Made by a program: the position numbers and the translations under genes. 64,000 bases of DNA from Flavilitoribacter nigricans DSM 23189 = NBRC 102662 (GTDB lineage Bacteria > Bacteroidota > Bacteroidia > Chitinophagales > Saprospiraceae), in assembly GCF_002646595.1 (NCBI RefSeq), contig NZ_PDUD01000019.1:109128-173127 (forward strand). The letters are read 5' to 3'. Within the stretch, counting starts at the first letter, position 1; the number at the start of each line of letters is the position of its first letter. Of this stretch, positions 9,858-17,616 are shown piece after piece. The notes below the pieces were generated by a model. The model ran no database searches. It was not told the origin of the DNA and saw only the letters and a list, made by a program, of their open reading frames with translations.

Positions 9858-10706
9858 TTACCTGCCGGCGCGGATCATCCGATCCTTTCCGCCGAGATCC
9901 TGGCGCAATTCGATGCTTTTAAAACCAATGTCTTTAAGCAATTCCACGACCCGCTCTGCATTGTACTCATTCGTCTCGAAAAACAGGTACCCATCGGGTA
10001 GCAACTGCTGAAATGCCAGCAGACCGATCTCCCGGTAAAATACCAGTGGATCGTTTTCGGGCGCGAAGAGGGCCAGTTCCGGTTCGTGGGATAAGACGTG
10101 TTCCGGCATCAGATGCCGTTGGGAAGGTGGGATATAGGGTGGGTTGCTGATGATGTAATCAAAATTGCCCAGTTCGGGCCAACCGGCGGAATTCAGGATA
10201 TCCTGTTCGATCCAGGCGACTTCCACTTCGTTGCGGCGGGCGTTCGCGGCGGCCAGTTCGAGAATATCCGCGCGGACATCCAGTCCGCTTACCGTCAGGG
10301 CCGGGGCTTCGTGCTTGATCGTGATCGGGATACAGCCCGTTCCGGTGCCGATATCCAGTATTTTTTTTTCGGTGGGCTTGCCGGATTGTTTCCAGGTTTC
10401 GAGTACCCAGTGTACCAGTTCTTCCGTCTCCTGCCGCGGGATCAGTACGCGGGGATCTACCCCGAATTTTAGTCCGTAAAAATCCGCTTCGCCCAGAATA
10501 TACTGTACCGGTTCTCCGCGCAGCAGTCGCTGCTGAATGTGGCGGTAGAGCATTTCTTCTTCCGAACTGGCCTCGCGGTCCGGCTGATCCGCCCGGTACT
10601 CGAATACGTCTTCCAGCACAATGCGCGTAATACTGCCGGCTTCACCGGCCTCGTAGCGGCTTTGCAGATTTTCCTGCAGGCCTCTTTTTATTTCGAGCAG
10701 GGTCAA
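9858..10706 (-). CDS. prmC: peptide chain release factor N5-glutamine methyltransferase
   Basis: 'ISNPPY' (NPPY) motif plus SAM-binding 'ILDIGTGTGCI'. TTG start overlapping the upstream TGA stop (TTGA). Confidence 0.8.
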   Translation of the reverse strand: MTLLEIKRGLQENLQSRYEAGEAGSITRIVLEDVFEYRADQPDREASSEEEMLYRHIQQRLLRGEPVQYILGEADFYGLKFGVDPRVLIPRQETEELVHWVLETWKQSGKPTEKKILDIGTGTGCIPITIKHEAPALTVSGLDVRADILELAAANARRNEVEVAWIEQDILNSAGWPELGNFDYIISNPPYIPPSQRHLMPEHVLSHEPELALFAPENDPLVFYREIGLLAFQQLLPDGYLFFETNEYNAERVVELLKDIGFKSIELRQDLGGKDRMIRAGR

Positions 10707-11836
10707 GACAAACGGTTTTTAAAATCCTGGTGATCAAAGGTTTTTACGATCTCCAATTCACCGTCTTCCTGCAGGATGCAGATATTGGGATGTTTGACTC
10801 CATTGAATGTGGTTGTTTTCACCATCGTGTAGTGGATCATATCCTCGAAGACCATCCGGTCGCCAATCTCCAGCGGTTTTTCGAAGGAATAGGCCTCCAT
10901 GTAATCACCGGCCAGGCAACTCACGCCTCCGATACGATAAGTGGGTTTCCCATCAACCGGATCCGTTGCGCCGACGATGCGCGGGCGGTAGGGCATTTCG
11001 AGCGTATCGGGCATGTGTGCGGTAAAAGACACGTCGAGGATCGCGGTCTTTACTCCGTGGTTTTCGATAATGTCGAGGACCGTAGCTACCAGCACACCGG
11101 TTTCCCAGGCAATGGCGCTGCCGGGTTCCAGGATGACCTGCAGGGTATGCCGCTGCCGGAAATCCTGCAATAGTTTCACCAGATGATCCACATCGTAATC
11201 CTTGCGCGTCATCAGGTGGCCACCGCCGAAATTCACCCATTTCAACTGGGGGAAATATTTGGCAAACCGCTTCTCAAAAGCTTGCAGCGTTTTTTCCAGC
11301 GTATAGGATGAACTCTCACAAAGGGTGTGAAAATGCAGACCTTCAATTCCCTCCGGTAGCCGGTCGCCCAGATTGGGGGCTGTTTCTCCCAGACGGGAAA
11401 CCGGAGAAGCGGGATTGTACAAGTCCGTTTCCACTTCGGAATATTCCGGATTCACCCGCAGGCCCATGCTGATGGGTTCGGGATAGTTTTGCACCTGCTC
11501 ATGGTAGCGGTGGAACTGGTTCAAAGAATTAAAGGTGATATGACTGCTGTAGCGCATAATATCCGCAAAATCCTCCGGCAGATAGGCCGGGGAATAAGTA
11601 TAGGCCCGCACGCCCATTTCGTCGTAGATCAAACGGGCTTCATCCAGCGAACTGGCGGTTGCGCCACTCAGGTACTGGCCGACAATGGGGAATACCCGCC
11701 ACATGGAAAAGCCCTTTAGCGCCAGAATGATATCCACACCGGCCTGTTCCCGGACACTGCGGATCAGTTCCAGATTTTTGCGCAGGCGGGCCATTTCGAG
11801 TACAAAAGAGGGAGAAGGTATAGCTTGGTAATTCAA
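10703..11836 (-). CDS. nspC: carboxynorspermidine/carboxyspermidine decarboxylase (PLP fold-type III)
   Basis: N-terminal 'PSPSFVLEMARLRKNLELIRSVREQAGVDIILALKGFSMW' matches the NspC family pattern, and the length of 377 aa fits. Directly downstream of a saccharopine-dehydrogenase-family gene. Confidence 0.75.
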   Translation of the reverse strand: MNYQAIPSPSFVLEMARLRKNLELIRSVREQAGVDIILALKGFSMWRVFPIVGQYLSGATASSLDEARLIYDEMGVRAYTYSPAYLPEDFADIMRYSSHITFNSLNQFHRYHEQVQNYPEPISMGLRVNPEYSEVETDLYNPASPVSRLGETAPNLGDRLPEGIEGLHFHTLCESSSYTLEKTLQAFEKRFAKYFPQLKWVNFGGGHLMTRKDYDVDHLVKLLQDFRQRHTLQVILEPGSAIAWETGVLVATVLDIIENHGVKTAILDVSFTAHMPDTLEMPYRPRIVGATDPVDGKPTYRIGGVSCLAGDYMEAYSFEKPLEIGDRMVFEDMIHYTMVKTTTFNGVKHPNICILQEDGELEIVKTFDHQDFKNRLS

Positions 11837-11903
11837 GTGGTATGCTGGTTTAAAAGGTACCGCGAAGCGAGGGTTTTATCCGTCGCTTCGCGGAAAAGAG
11901 ATC

Positions 11904-13109
11904 TTAAAATTCCAGGTCTACCCCAACTTCTTCGTGCCAGGGCAATCCGTATTCATTCATTTTATCCAGGAAGGGATCCGGGTTGAATTCCTCTACATTG
12001 AATACGCCCGTACCGGACCATTCTCCGGTGAGGACCATCATCGCACCGATCATGGCCGGTACTCCCGTAGTATAGGAAACGCCCTGGGCGCCCGTTTCGT
12101 CGAAAGCGGCCTGGTGGCTGCAATTGTTCCAGATGTAATAGGTTTGTTCCTTACCGTTCTTGATCCCGCGGATGCGGCAACCAATAGACGTCTGGCCGGT
12201 ATAATTCTCCCCGAGTTCGCCGGGATCCGGCAGTACAGCCTTCAGGAATTCCAACGGAATGATATCCACGCCTTTGTATTTGACCGGATCGATCCGGGCC
12301 ATGCCGATATTCTGGATCACCCGCAGGTGCGTGAGGTATTCCTGACCGAAGGTCATCCAGAAACGGGCTCTTTTCAGACTGGGAAAGTTCTTCACGAGGG
12401 ATTCCAGTTCTTCGTGGTAAATGAGGTAAGAATCTTTCGGGCCGATGTCCGGATAGTTCAGCACTTTCATTTCCGAGTGCGGCGGGATCTCCACCCATTT
12501 GCCGTTTTCGTAGTAGCGACCGTTTTGGGTGATCTCCCGGATATTAATCTCCGGATTGAAGTTGGTGGCAAAAGCTTTACCGTGATCTCCGGCGTTGCAG
12601 TCCACGATATCCAGGTAATGCATCTCATCAAAGAAATGCTTCGCCGCCCGGGCGGTAAATACACTGGTAGCACCGGGATCAAAGCCACAGCCGAGTACGG
12701 CCATGATGCCTTTTTCCTTAAAGCGGTCCTGATAGGCCCACTGCCAGCTGTATTCGAATTTTGCTTCGTCTTTGGGTTCGTAGTTGGCCGTATCGAGGTA
12801 GTGCACCCCGGTTTCCAGGCAGGCTTCCATGATGGTAAGATCCTGGTAAGGCAAAGCTACGTGAATGACCAGTTTGGGGCCGAAAGAGCGGATCAATGCC
12901 GCCAGTTCGGGTACATTTTCCGCATCTACTGCGGCGGTGGTAATATGTTGATGACCGGTTGCGGCCTTGGCGTCGGCGGCAATTACATCGCACTTGGATT
13001 TGGTACGACTTGCCAGTAATATCTCCGAAAACACTTCGGGATGCTGGGCGCACTTGAAGGCGACTACCCGGCCGACACCGCCGGCACCTATGATCATAAC
13101 TTTTGACAT
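11904..13109 (-). CDS. saccharopine dehydrogenase family protein; in this context carboxynorspermidine/carboxyspermidine dehydrogenase
   Basis: N-terminal Rossmann motif 'MIIGAGGVGRVVA'. 401 aa. Forms an operon with nspC. Confidence 0.7.
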   Translation of the reverse strand: MSKVMIIGAGGVGRVVAFKCAQHPEVFSEILLASRTKSKCDVIAADAKAATGHQHITTAAVDAENVPELAALIRSFGPKLVIHVALPYQDLTIMEACLETGVHYLDTANYEPKDEAKFEYSWQWAYQDRFKEKGIMAVLGCGFDPGATSVFTARAAKHFFDEMHYLDIVDCNAGDHGKAFATNFNPEINIREITQNGRYYENGKWVEIPPHSEMKVLNYPDIGPKDSYLIYHEELESLVKNFPSLKRARFWMTFGQEYLTHLRVIQNIGMARIDPVKYKGVDIIPLEFLKAVLPDPGELGENYTGQTSIGCRIRGIKNGKEQTYYIWNNCSHQAAFDETGAQGVSYTTGVPAMIGAMMVLTGEWSGTGVFNVEEFNPDPFLDKMNEYGLPWHEEVGVDLEF

Positions 13110-13146
13110 GTGTTGGTATTTTTCAAATTTCGGTCAAAAATAAAAA

Positions 13147-13174
13147 GGTAGCCGGTTTCTGAAAACCGGTACCT
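13147..13174. terminator. hairpin terminator downstream of the MBL hydrolase gene (minus strand)
   Basis: GGTAGCCGGTTT-CTGA-AAACCGGTACC stem with one bulge, flanked by A/T runs on both sides. Confidence 0.5.
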
Positions 13175-13209
13175 TAATTTTTTATTTTTCAGAACGGGCA
13201 GCCAGGTGC

Positions 13210-14103
13210 CTAAACACCACTACCGGTTCTCAGTTCTACAGCTCGGCTTTCCGGCTCCACCCGGTCGGACTCCGGGGCTACCGGAGTGGGTATACCGTAT
13301 TCCTTGCGAATGAGTTCGATATTTTTTTTGTGAAATTCCTCCTGCCCCATCCGAAAATCATAACGCTCCCATAACTCCTCATCCGGAAAGCGCTGGCCCG
13401 TCGTTACGGCTTCCCGCAAACGGACAATATAATCTCTGGACTCCTGTAGACGTGAAAACATCTCGGAAGTATCGGTGCTCACATCACCGTGACCCGGAAT
13501 TAAGTATTTCGGCTGGCGGTTCTTGATGATCGATTCGGCTTTATCCAGCGTTTTCAGGTAATCTTCGGCACTGTGGTAGATAAATGGAAACTCTTCATTG
13601 GACAAATAATCCCCCGCGATCCAGATCCCCAGCGGTTCGATCAACGTAAACACCCCGTCACCATTATGGCCGGGAGCCATCCAGAAGCTCAGGCGCGTAT
13701 CGCCGATGGTAATAAAATCCGTCTGGTCATCCACCGCAATATCCACCCGCGGATAACACATTTTATACGGTCGGCGAACGTAGTATTCCTGATCGAATTT
13801 GCGGATGGCCCGGAGTTGTTCCTCACGGTCCGAATTGTCCTTAAAGGCCTGGCTGGCAATGGTATAAGCTTCCGGAAAAGCCCCGAAGCCCAGGATGTGA
13901 TCGTAATCGGAATGGGTAAACAACAAATAAACCGGGCGGCCGTTCTTAATGGCATCCACATGATTCCGGATGGCCGTTACCTCGTGCGGCAACCAGGTGG
14001 GGTCCACCACCAAAATCAGGTCATTGGTCTCTACAACTACAGAATTGGTTCGGAAAAGTGCGCTTTCAAAAACGCTAAAATGTCTATTTTTAAATTGAAT
14101 CAT
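13210..14103 (-). CDS. MBL-fold metallo-hydrolase
   Basis: 'HSDYDH' (HxHxDH) zinc-binding motif and later His/Asp residues in a 297-aa protein. Confidence 0.75.
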   Translation of the reverse strand: MIQFKNRHFSVFESALFRTNSVVVETNDLILVVDPTWLPHEVTAIRNHVDAIKNGRPVYLLFTHSDYDHILGFGAFPEAYTIASQAFKDNSDREEQLRAIRKFDQEYYVRRPYKMCYPRVDIAVDDQTDFITIGDTRLSFWMAPGHNGDGVFTLIEPLGIWIAGDYLSNEEFPFIYHSAEDYLKTLDKAESIIKNRQPKYLIPGHGDVSTDTSEMFSRLQESRDYIVRLREAVTTGQRFPDEELWERYDFRMGQEEFHKKNIELIRKEYGIPTPVAPESDRVEPESRAVELRTGSGV

Positions 14104-14175
14104 AATTCGTCTTGCTTAGCCTTTCAACCAGAAAAGCAGCGGTCAGGTTTACTAAATTAACACAAGATTCAAAAC

Positions 14176-14892
14176 TTGGCCGGTTTGAGAATCATTATAA
14201 CCAAAGAAATGCAGTATTTATCCAAATTGTGCCTTCCGGTTTTTCTTTTTTTCGGACTAAACCTCTGTGGCCAGAAAACCATCAGCCTGAAAAACCCTTC
14301 TTTTGAAGGCAAACCCACGATGAGTGATGTACCCGGTAATTGGAGGGACTGTGGTTTTCCCGGAGAAAGCGCACCGGATGTCCAACCCTGCGGCGCTTTT
14401 GAAGTGACGACAATCGCCAGTGACGGCGATACCTATCTCGGCATGGTTACCCGCGATAATGATACCTGGGAAAAGGTCGGCACCAAACTATCGCCCAAAA
14501 TGGAGGCCGGCGTGGTGTACGAATTCAGTATTCAGTTGTGTCAGTCGGAGACCTACCAGAGCGCCAGTCGCCTGACCGGCGAGCCGACCAACTTTATCAC
14601 CCCCGTCGTGCTGCGCATATTTGGCGGCAACAGCTACTGTGAAAAGGAACAGATGCTCGGTGTGTCTCCCCCAATCGACCACGCCGAGTGGGGAACTTAC
14701 CGTTTTACCCTCAGCCCACAGCAGGAATATTCCCACCTCCTGCTGGAGGCCTATTACGTAACTGCCCGCGGCCTGGCCTATTGCGGTAACCTGCTGGTGG
14801 ATAATGCTTCGGATCTGGTCCCGATCGGACGGTCGGAGACGATTGAGCGGGCTAGTTTGGTGGGGGAACGGGTGGAGGAGACTCGAAAATAA
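14176..14892 (+). CDS. secreted hypothetical protein
   Basis: Signal peptide (MQYLSKLCLPVFLFFGLNLCGQ); several Cys. No known motif recognised. Confidence 0.45.
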   Translation: MAGLRIIITKEMQYLSKLCLPVFLFFGLNLCGQKTISLKNPSFEGKPTMSDVPGNWRDCGFPGESAPDVQPCGAFEVTTIASDGDTYLGMVTRDNDTWEKVGTKLSPKMEAGVVYEFSIQLCQSETYQSASRLTGEPTNFITPVVLRIFGGNSYCEKEQMLGVSPPIDHAEWGTYRFTLSPQQEYSHLLLEAYYVTARGLAYCGNLLVDNASDLVPIGRSETIERASLVGERVEETRK

Positions 14893-15029
14893 ACAGCCTT
14901 ACCGTATCATCCCCAACTTTACGTGTAAATGACTGAAATAGGTAAAAGAACGCGTTAAAAGGTCAAACTATACGATCTGGATTCCCACAATTTTGTCTTG
15001 TAAACTTTATCTAACCAAAAGAAAAGAAT

Positions 15030-15272
15030 ATGAGACTTCCAATCCAGGTTCAGCCTATCCTTCGGAATCATCTTAATTCCGTCAATCAAGACCGATTAAA
15101 CTTATCCAAGGCCAGACTCCGGCTGCAGGACTGTACCGGCGTACCCAATAATATCGTAGGCTCCTGCTTTGATAGCAACGGCCCGGTGCCGGGCCGGTTT
15201 AACTGTTCTGCATGCTGTGCACTCCGCGGCGCCATCTCTTGGCAGGGCGGTGGGTATGCAGTGGCTTGTTAA
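15030..15272 (+). CDS. small Cys-rich protein (80 aa) with an 'MRLPIQ' leader-like N-terminus; candidate precursor peptide
   Basis: ATG start. N-terminus M-x-L-P-x-Q-x-x-[PA]-[IV] shared with two other small ORFs (16997-17314, 17407-17580). C-terminal third holds 7 Cys (DCTG...GSCF...NCSACCALRGA...AVAC). Confidence 0.45.
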   Translation: MRLPIQVQPILRNHLNSVNQDRLNLSKARLRLQDCTGVPNNIVGSCFDSNGPVPGRFNCSACCALRGAISWQGGGYAVAC

Positions 15273-15366
15273 TTCATAGCCGCAATTATAGTCCTCACCA
15301 TCTTACAGCATGCGGATTAATTCTTTCATGAGCTAATACTAATCTTGAAGTTTATCGCTGCTGGAG

Positions 15367-16152
15367 ATGGTCAATACCGCAAAACATTTCGCGCATTATT
15401 TCTTCCTTAAACCAAAATCATTCAAAATTATGGCAAATTCAATTAATTGGGATTCCGGCCAACTGATCAATCTGAACGTCGGTGACACCGCTACTTGTAA
15501 AGGTGGATTAAACGTTGGCCAGGTCTACGGCTTGTTTTTTTACAACGCAGCAGGTAACGACGCCTCTACGACCGTCAATGTGGTTTGGTCAAATTCCAAC
15601 CCTCCTGTGATGGTCAATGTTCCCGGAACGACCATGAATCAGGGGCTAGCAGCCATTTGCTTTGTAGACGGCAGCCAAACCAATACCGTTTCAGCCTCGG
15701 TTACGCACGGTAATCAGGGAGCAAATGTCCAAGCCTTCATTTGTAGCGTAAAAATGCCAGTAAATACCAGCGGGATCCAGAACACCCAACTTCCTCTGGA
15801 TGGTAATCAGCATCCATTTCATAAGTTTACCCGATTTTATGCAGTACCGGCATCTCACTGGTATTCGGCTCAGATTCAAAGCGATGTTAACCAGTTTATC
15901 AGTGTCCAATTTACCGAATCGAAGGCCAACGTATATATCGTAAATAAAATAGTCGATCCGTCTAACGTAATCAAGTACGCCGGTGACGCCCAGGACTTAG
16001 TGACCGTAAAAACCTCCGACCATCAGTCTATCTCCTTTAATTTGCAAGGCAACGGCCGACAGTTCGTCTGGATGAATGCTGACAGTATTCAAAACAGTCA
16101 GGACGCCACAATTGCAGTGCAATCGCTAAGCAATTTGTTTGCGACTTTGTAA
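15367..16152 (+). CDS. hypothetical N/S/T/Q/V-rich protein, predicted beta-rich, no signal peptide
   Basis: ORF directly downstream of the 80-aa peptide ORF. Probable start MANSINW near 15430. No recognisable domain. Confidence 0.45.
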   Translation: MVNTAKHFAHYFFLKPKSFKIMANSINWDSGQLINLNVGDTATCKGGLNVGQVYGLFFYNAAGNDASTTVNVVWSNSNPPVMVNVPGTTMNQGLAAICFVDGSQTNTVSASVTHGNQGANVQAFICSVKMPVNTSGIQNTQLPLDGNQHPFHKFTRFYAVPASHWYSAQIQSDVNQFISVQFTESKANVYIVNKIVDPSNVIKYAGDAQDLVTVKTSDHQSISFNLQGNGRQFVWMNADSIQNSQDATIAVQSLSNLFATL

Positions 16153-16166
16153 GTAAACAGTGCTAA

Positions 16167-16194
16167 AAATGCCGGCTCTTGTAAGCCGGCATTT
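16167..16194. terminator. bidirectional rho-independent terminator between convergent genes
   Basis: Perfect 10-bp stem AAATGCCGGC/GCCGGCATTT with an 8-nt loop, followed by gcattttag. Confidence 0.6.
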
Positions 16195-16285
16195 GCATTT
16201 TAGAAAGTTTGGTTTTTCCTTTTCAATCCTGAATCTAAGTTCCAATATCTTTAGTTTGACCATTACCGTCTTAAAGTTCCACCTG

Positions 16286-16828
16286 CTATTTTTTATTATT
16301 CACCAGAGCAAATATCCAACTCCATAGTGGATTCCCCATCGGAAACCTTGCTCCGCTTCCCCAGCGATAGTTGACCGGTGGCCTCAACACCGGAAGTTTC
16401 ATTCCATCTTCCCGTGCCGCAACTGCTGGAACCACCATCAACAAAGTAAAATGGAAAATCCCTACTTTCCCACTTTGCTCCTGGTCTCCCTCCTCCCTTA
16501 CCCTCACTTCCTGTTCCAATATAAAGCGTCCTCCCGGCTGTGCAGGCACTCCGTGGAATAGTTCGTTATCTCCCTTATCGTTGGTTACCGGATCCTTTTC
16601 GATCACCGTTATTGTTATCTTTCGCCGGATTTCGTCCAGAGCCGGGTCGAAATCCCCTTCTGCGATCAGTTCAGGTGATTCAAATAATTTTTCTTCTCCG
16701 TTTCGGAGCAACATATCTTTTGTATAATCTGTCCGAAGGGCACGGATAGCGATAGACAGGTCTTTTCCCATATTATCTCCAGTGTATCGGATCGATTGCA
16801 GGTAAAGTTTAACCTTTGGAGTATTCAT
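16286..16828 (-). CDS. hypothetical protein (180 aa)
   Basis: ORF downstream, on the minus strand, of the Cys-rich peptide genes. No known motif. Confidence 0.4.
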   Translation of the reverse strand: MNTPKVKLYLQSIRYTGDNMGKDLSIAIRALRTDYTKDMLLRNGEEKLFESPELIAEGDFDPALDEIRRKITITVIEKDPVTNDKGDNELFHGVPAQPGGRFILEQEVRVREEGDQEQSGKVGIFHFTLLMVVPAVAAREDGMKLPVLRPPVNYRWGSGARFPMGNPLWSWIFALVNNKK

Positions 16829-16996
16829 AAACGGAAGCTTTTAAATGAGGAAATGAACAGAGGGCAGAAAGACATTCCTTCTGCCCCGGGTCTGTTGAAG
16901 ACTTATACACGACGTAGGGTGGAATTATCCTGATGGTATTTGACAGCTCAGGACCGAACCTGCTCCTACATCTGTATACATCTTCCCTATGCGGCC

Positions 16997-17314
16997 TTAG
17001 CCACAAAAACTTTTCAATACTGCAGGTATTGGAATACCGATCTTTTCTGCGCCGGATACCGCCGTACAGATCACGGTTTTGGCTCCTCCTTCAATACAAT
17101 CTTCACAGTCGGATACGAAACTGGCAAAAGCTGGTAAACAGAGCGGAAGATCTTCCGGAAAACCCAGGGGGTCACAGGGGCCAACAACCAGAAGACCAAA
17201 TTTGCCGGCACATTTCAATCCTTCGCCCAAACTGCAGCTGGTCTTTAGGTGACGTCGAAGCAAGGGTAGATCACGAGATTTTAGCACCGCGTGGTGTTGA
17301 TTGGGAAGTTTCAT
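16997..17314 (-). CDS. small Cys-rich protein (105 aa) with an 'MKLPNQ' leader-like N-terminus; candidate precursor peptide
   Basis: ATG start. Nine Cys. Start context ATAATTA-ATG-AAA-CTT-CC is nearly identical to that of the 57-aa ORF. An 8-bp hairpin (16862-16886) lies downstream. Confidence 0.45.
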   Translation of the reverse strand: MKLPNQHHAVLKSRDLPLLRRHLKTSCSLGEGLKCAGKFGLLVVGPCDPLGFPEDLPLCLPAFASFVSDCEDCIEGGAKTVICTAVSGAEKIGIPIPAVLKSFCG

Positions 17315-17356
17315 AATTATTGGATTTTATGATGAGCAGAACTAGATAAATGACAA

Positions 17357-17384
17357 TGAGGCAAGAGGAGCACCTCTTGCCTCA
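17357..17384. terminator. strong hairpin between the two tandem small Cys-rich ORFs; candidate attenuator or terminator
   Basis: Perfect 12-bp stem TGAGGCAAGAGG/CCTCTTGCCTCA with a 4-nt loop AGCA. Flanked by moderately T-rich sequence on both strands. Confidence 0.55.
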
Positions 17385-17406
17385 TACCAAATTTTAAACT
17401 GAAGTG

Positions 17407-17580
17407 CTAGCAGACGGTTGCATTGCAGGCCGCAATACAAAGCGTTTTTGCTATACCGGTCAGCATGCTGCAGCCCGCCATACAAATATCACAAGGGATA
17501 GATGACAACTGCATTCCGTTGGAGCGGTAATTCACTTTGCTGGCCTTCTGTACAGGCACAGCTTGCTTTGGAAGATTCAT
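17407..17580 (-). CDS. unannotated small Cys-rich ORF (57 aa, MNLPKQAVPVQKASKVNYRSNGMQLSSIPCDICMAGCSMLTGIAKTLCIAACNATVC); candidate precursor peptide
   Basis: Translated by hand from the minus strand. ATG at 17580, TAG at 17407-17409. It is below the 60-aa cutoff of the supplied track. It lies 37 nt downstream of the S8 protease stop. Confidence 0.45.
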   Translation of the reverse strand: MNLPKQAVPVQKASKVNYRSNGMQLSSIPCDICMAGCSMLTGIAKTLCIAACNATVC

Positions 17581-17616
17581 AATTATGAAATTTTAAAGGT
17601 GAAAAAATGAATGGAA

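Noticed and set aside
11934-13019. 361-aa plus-strand ORF
   Set aside because: Antisense to the saccharopine-dehydrogenase-family gene, which has a Rossmann motif.
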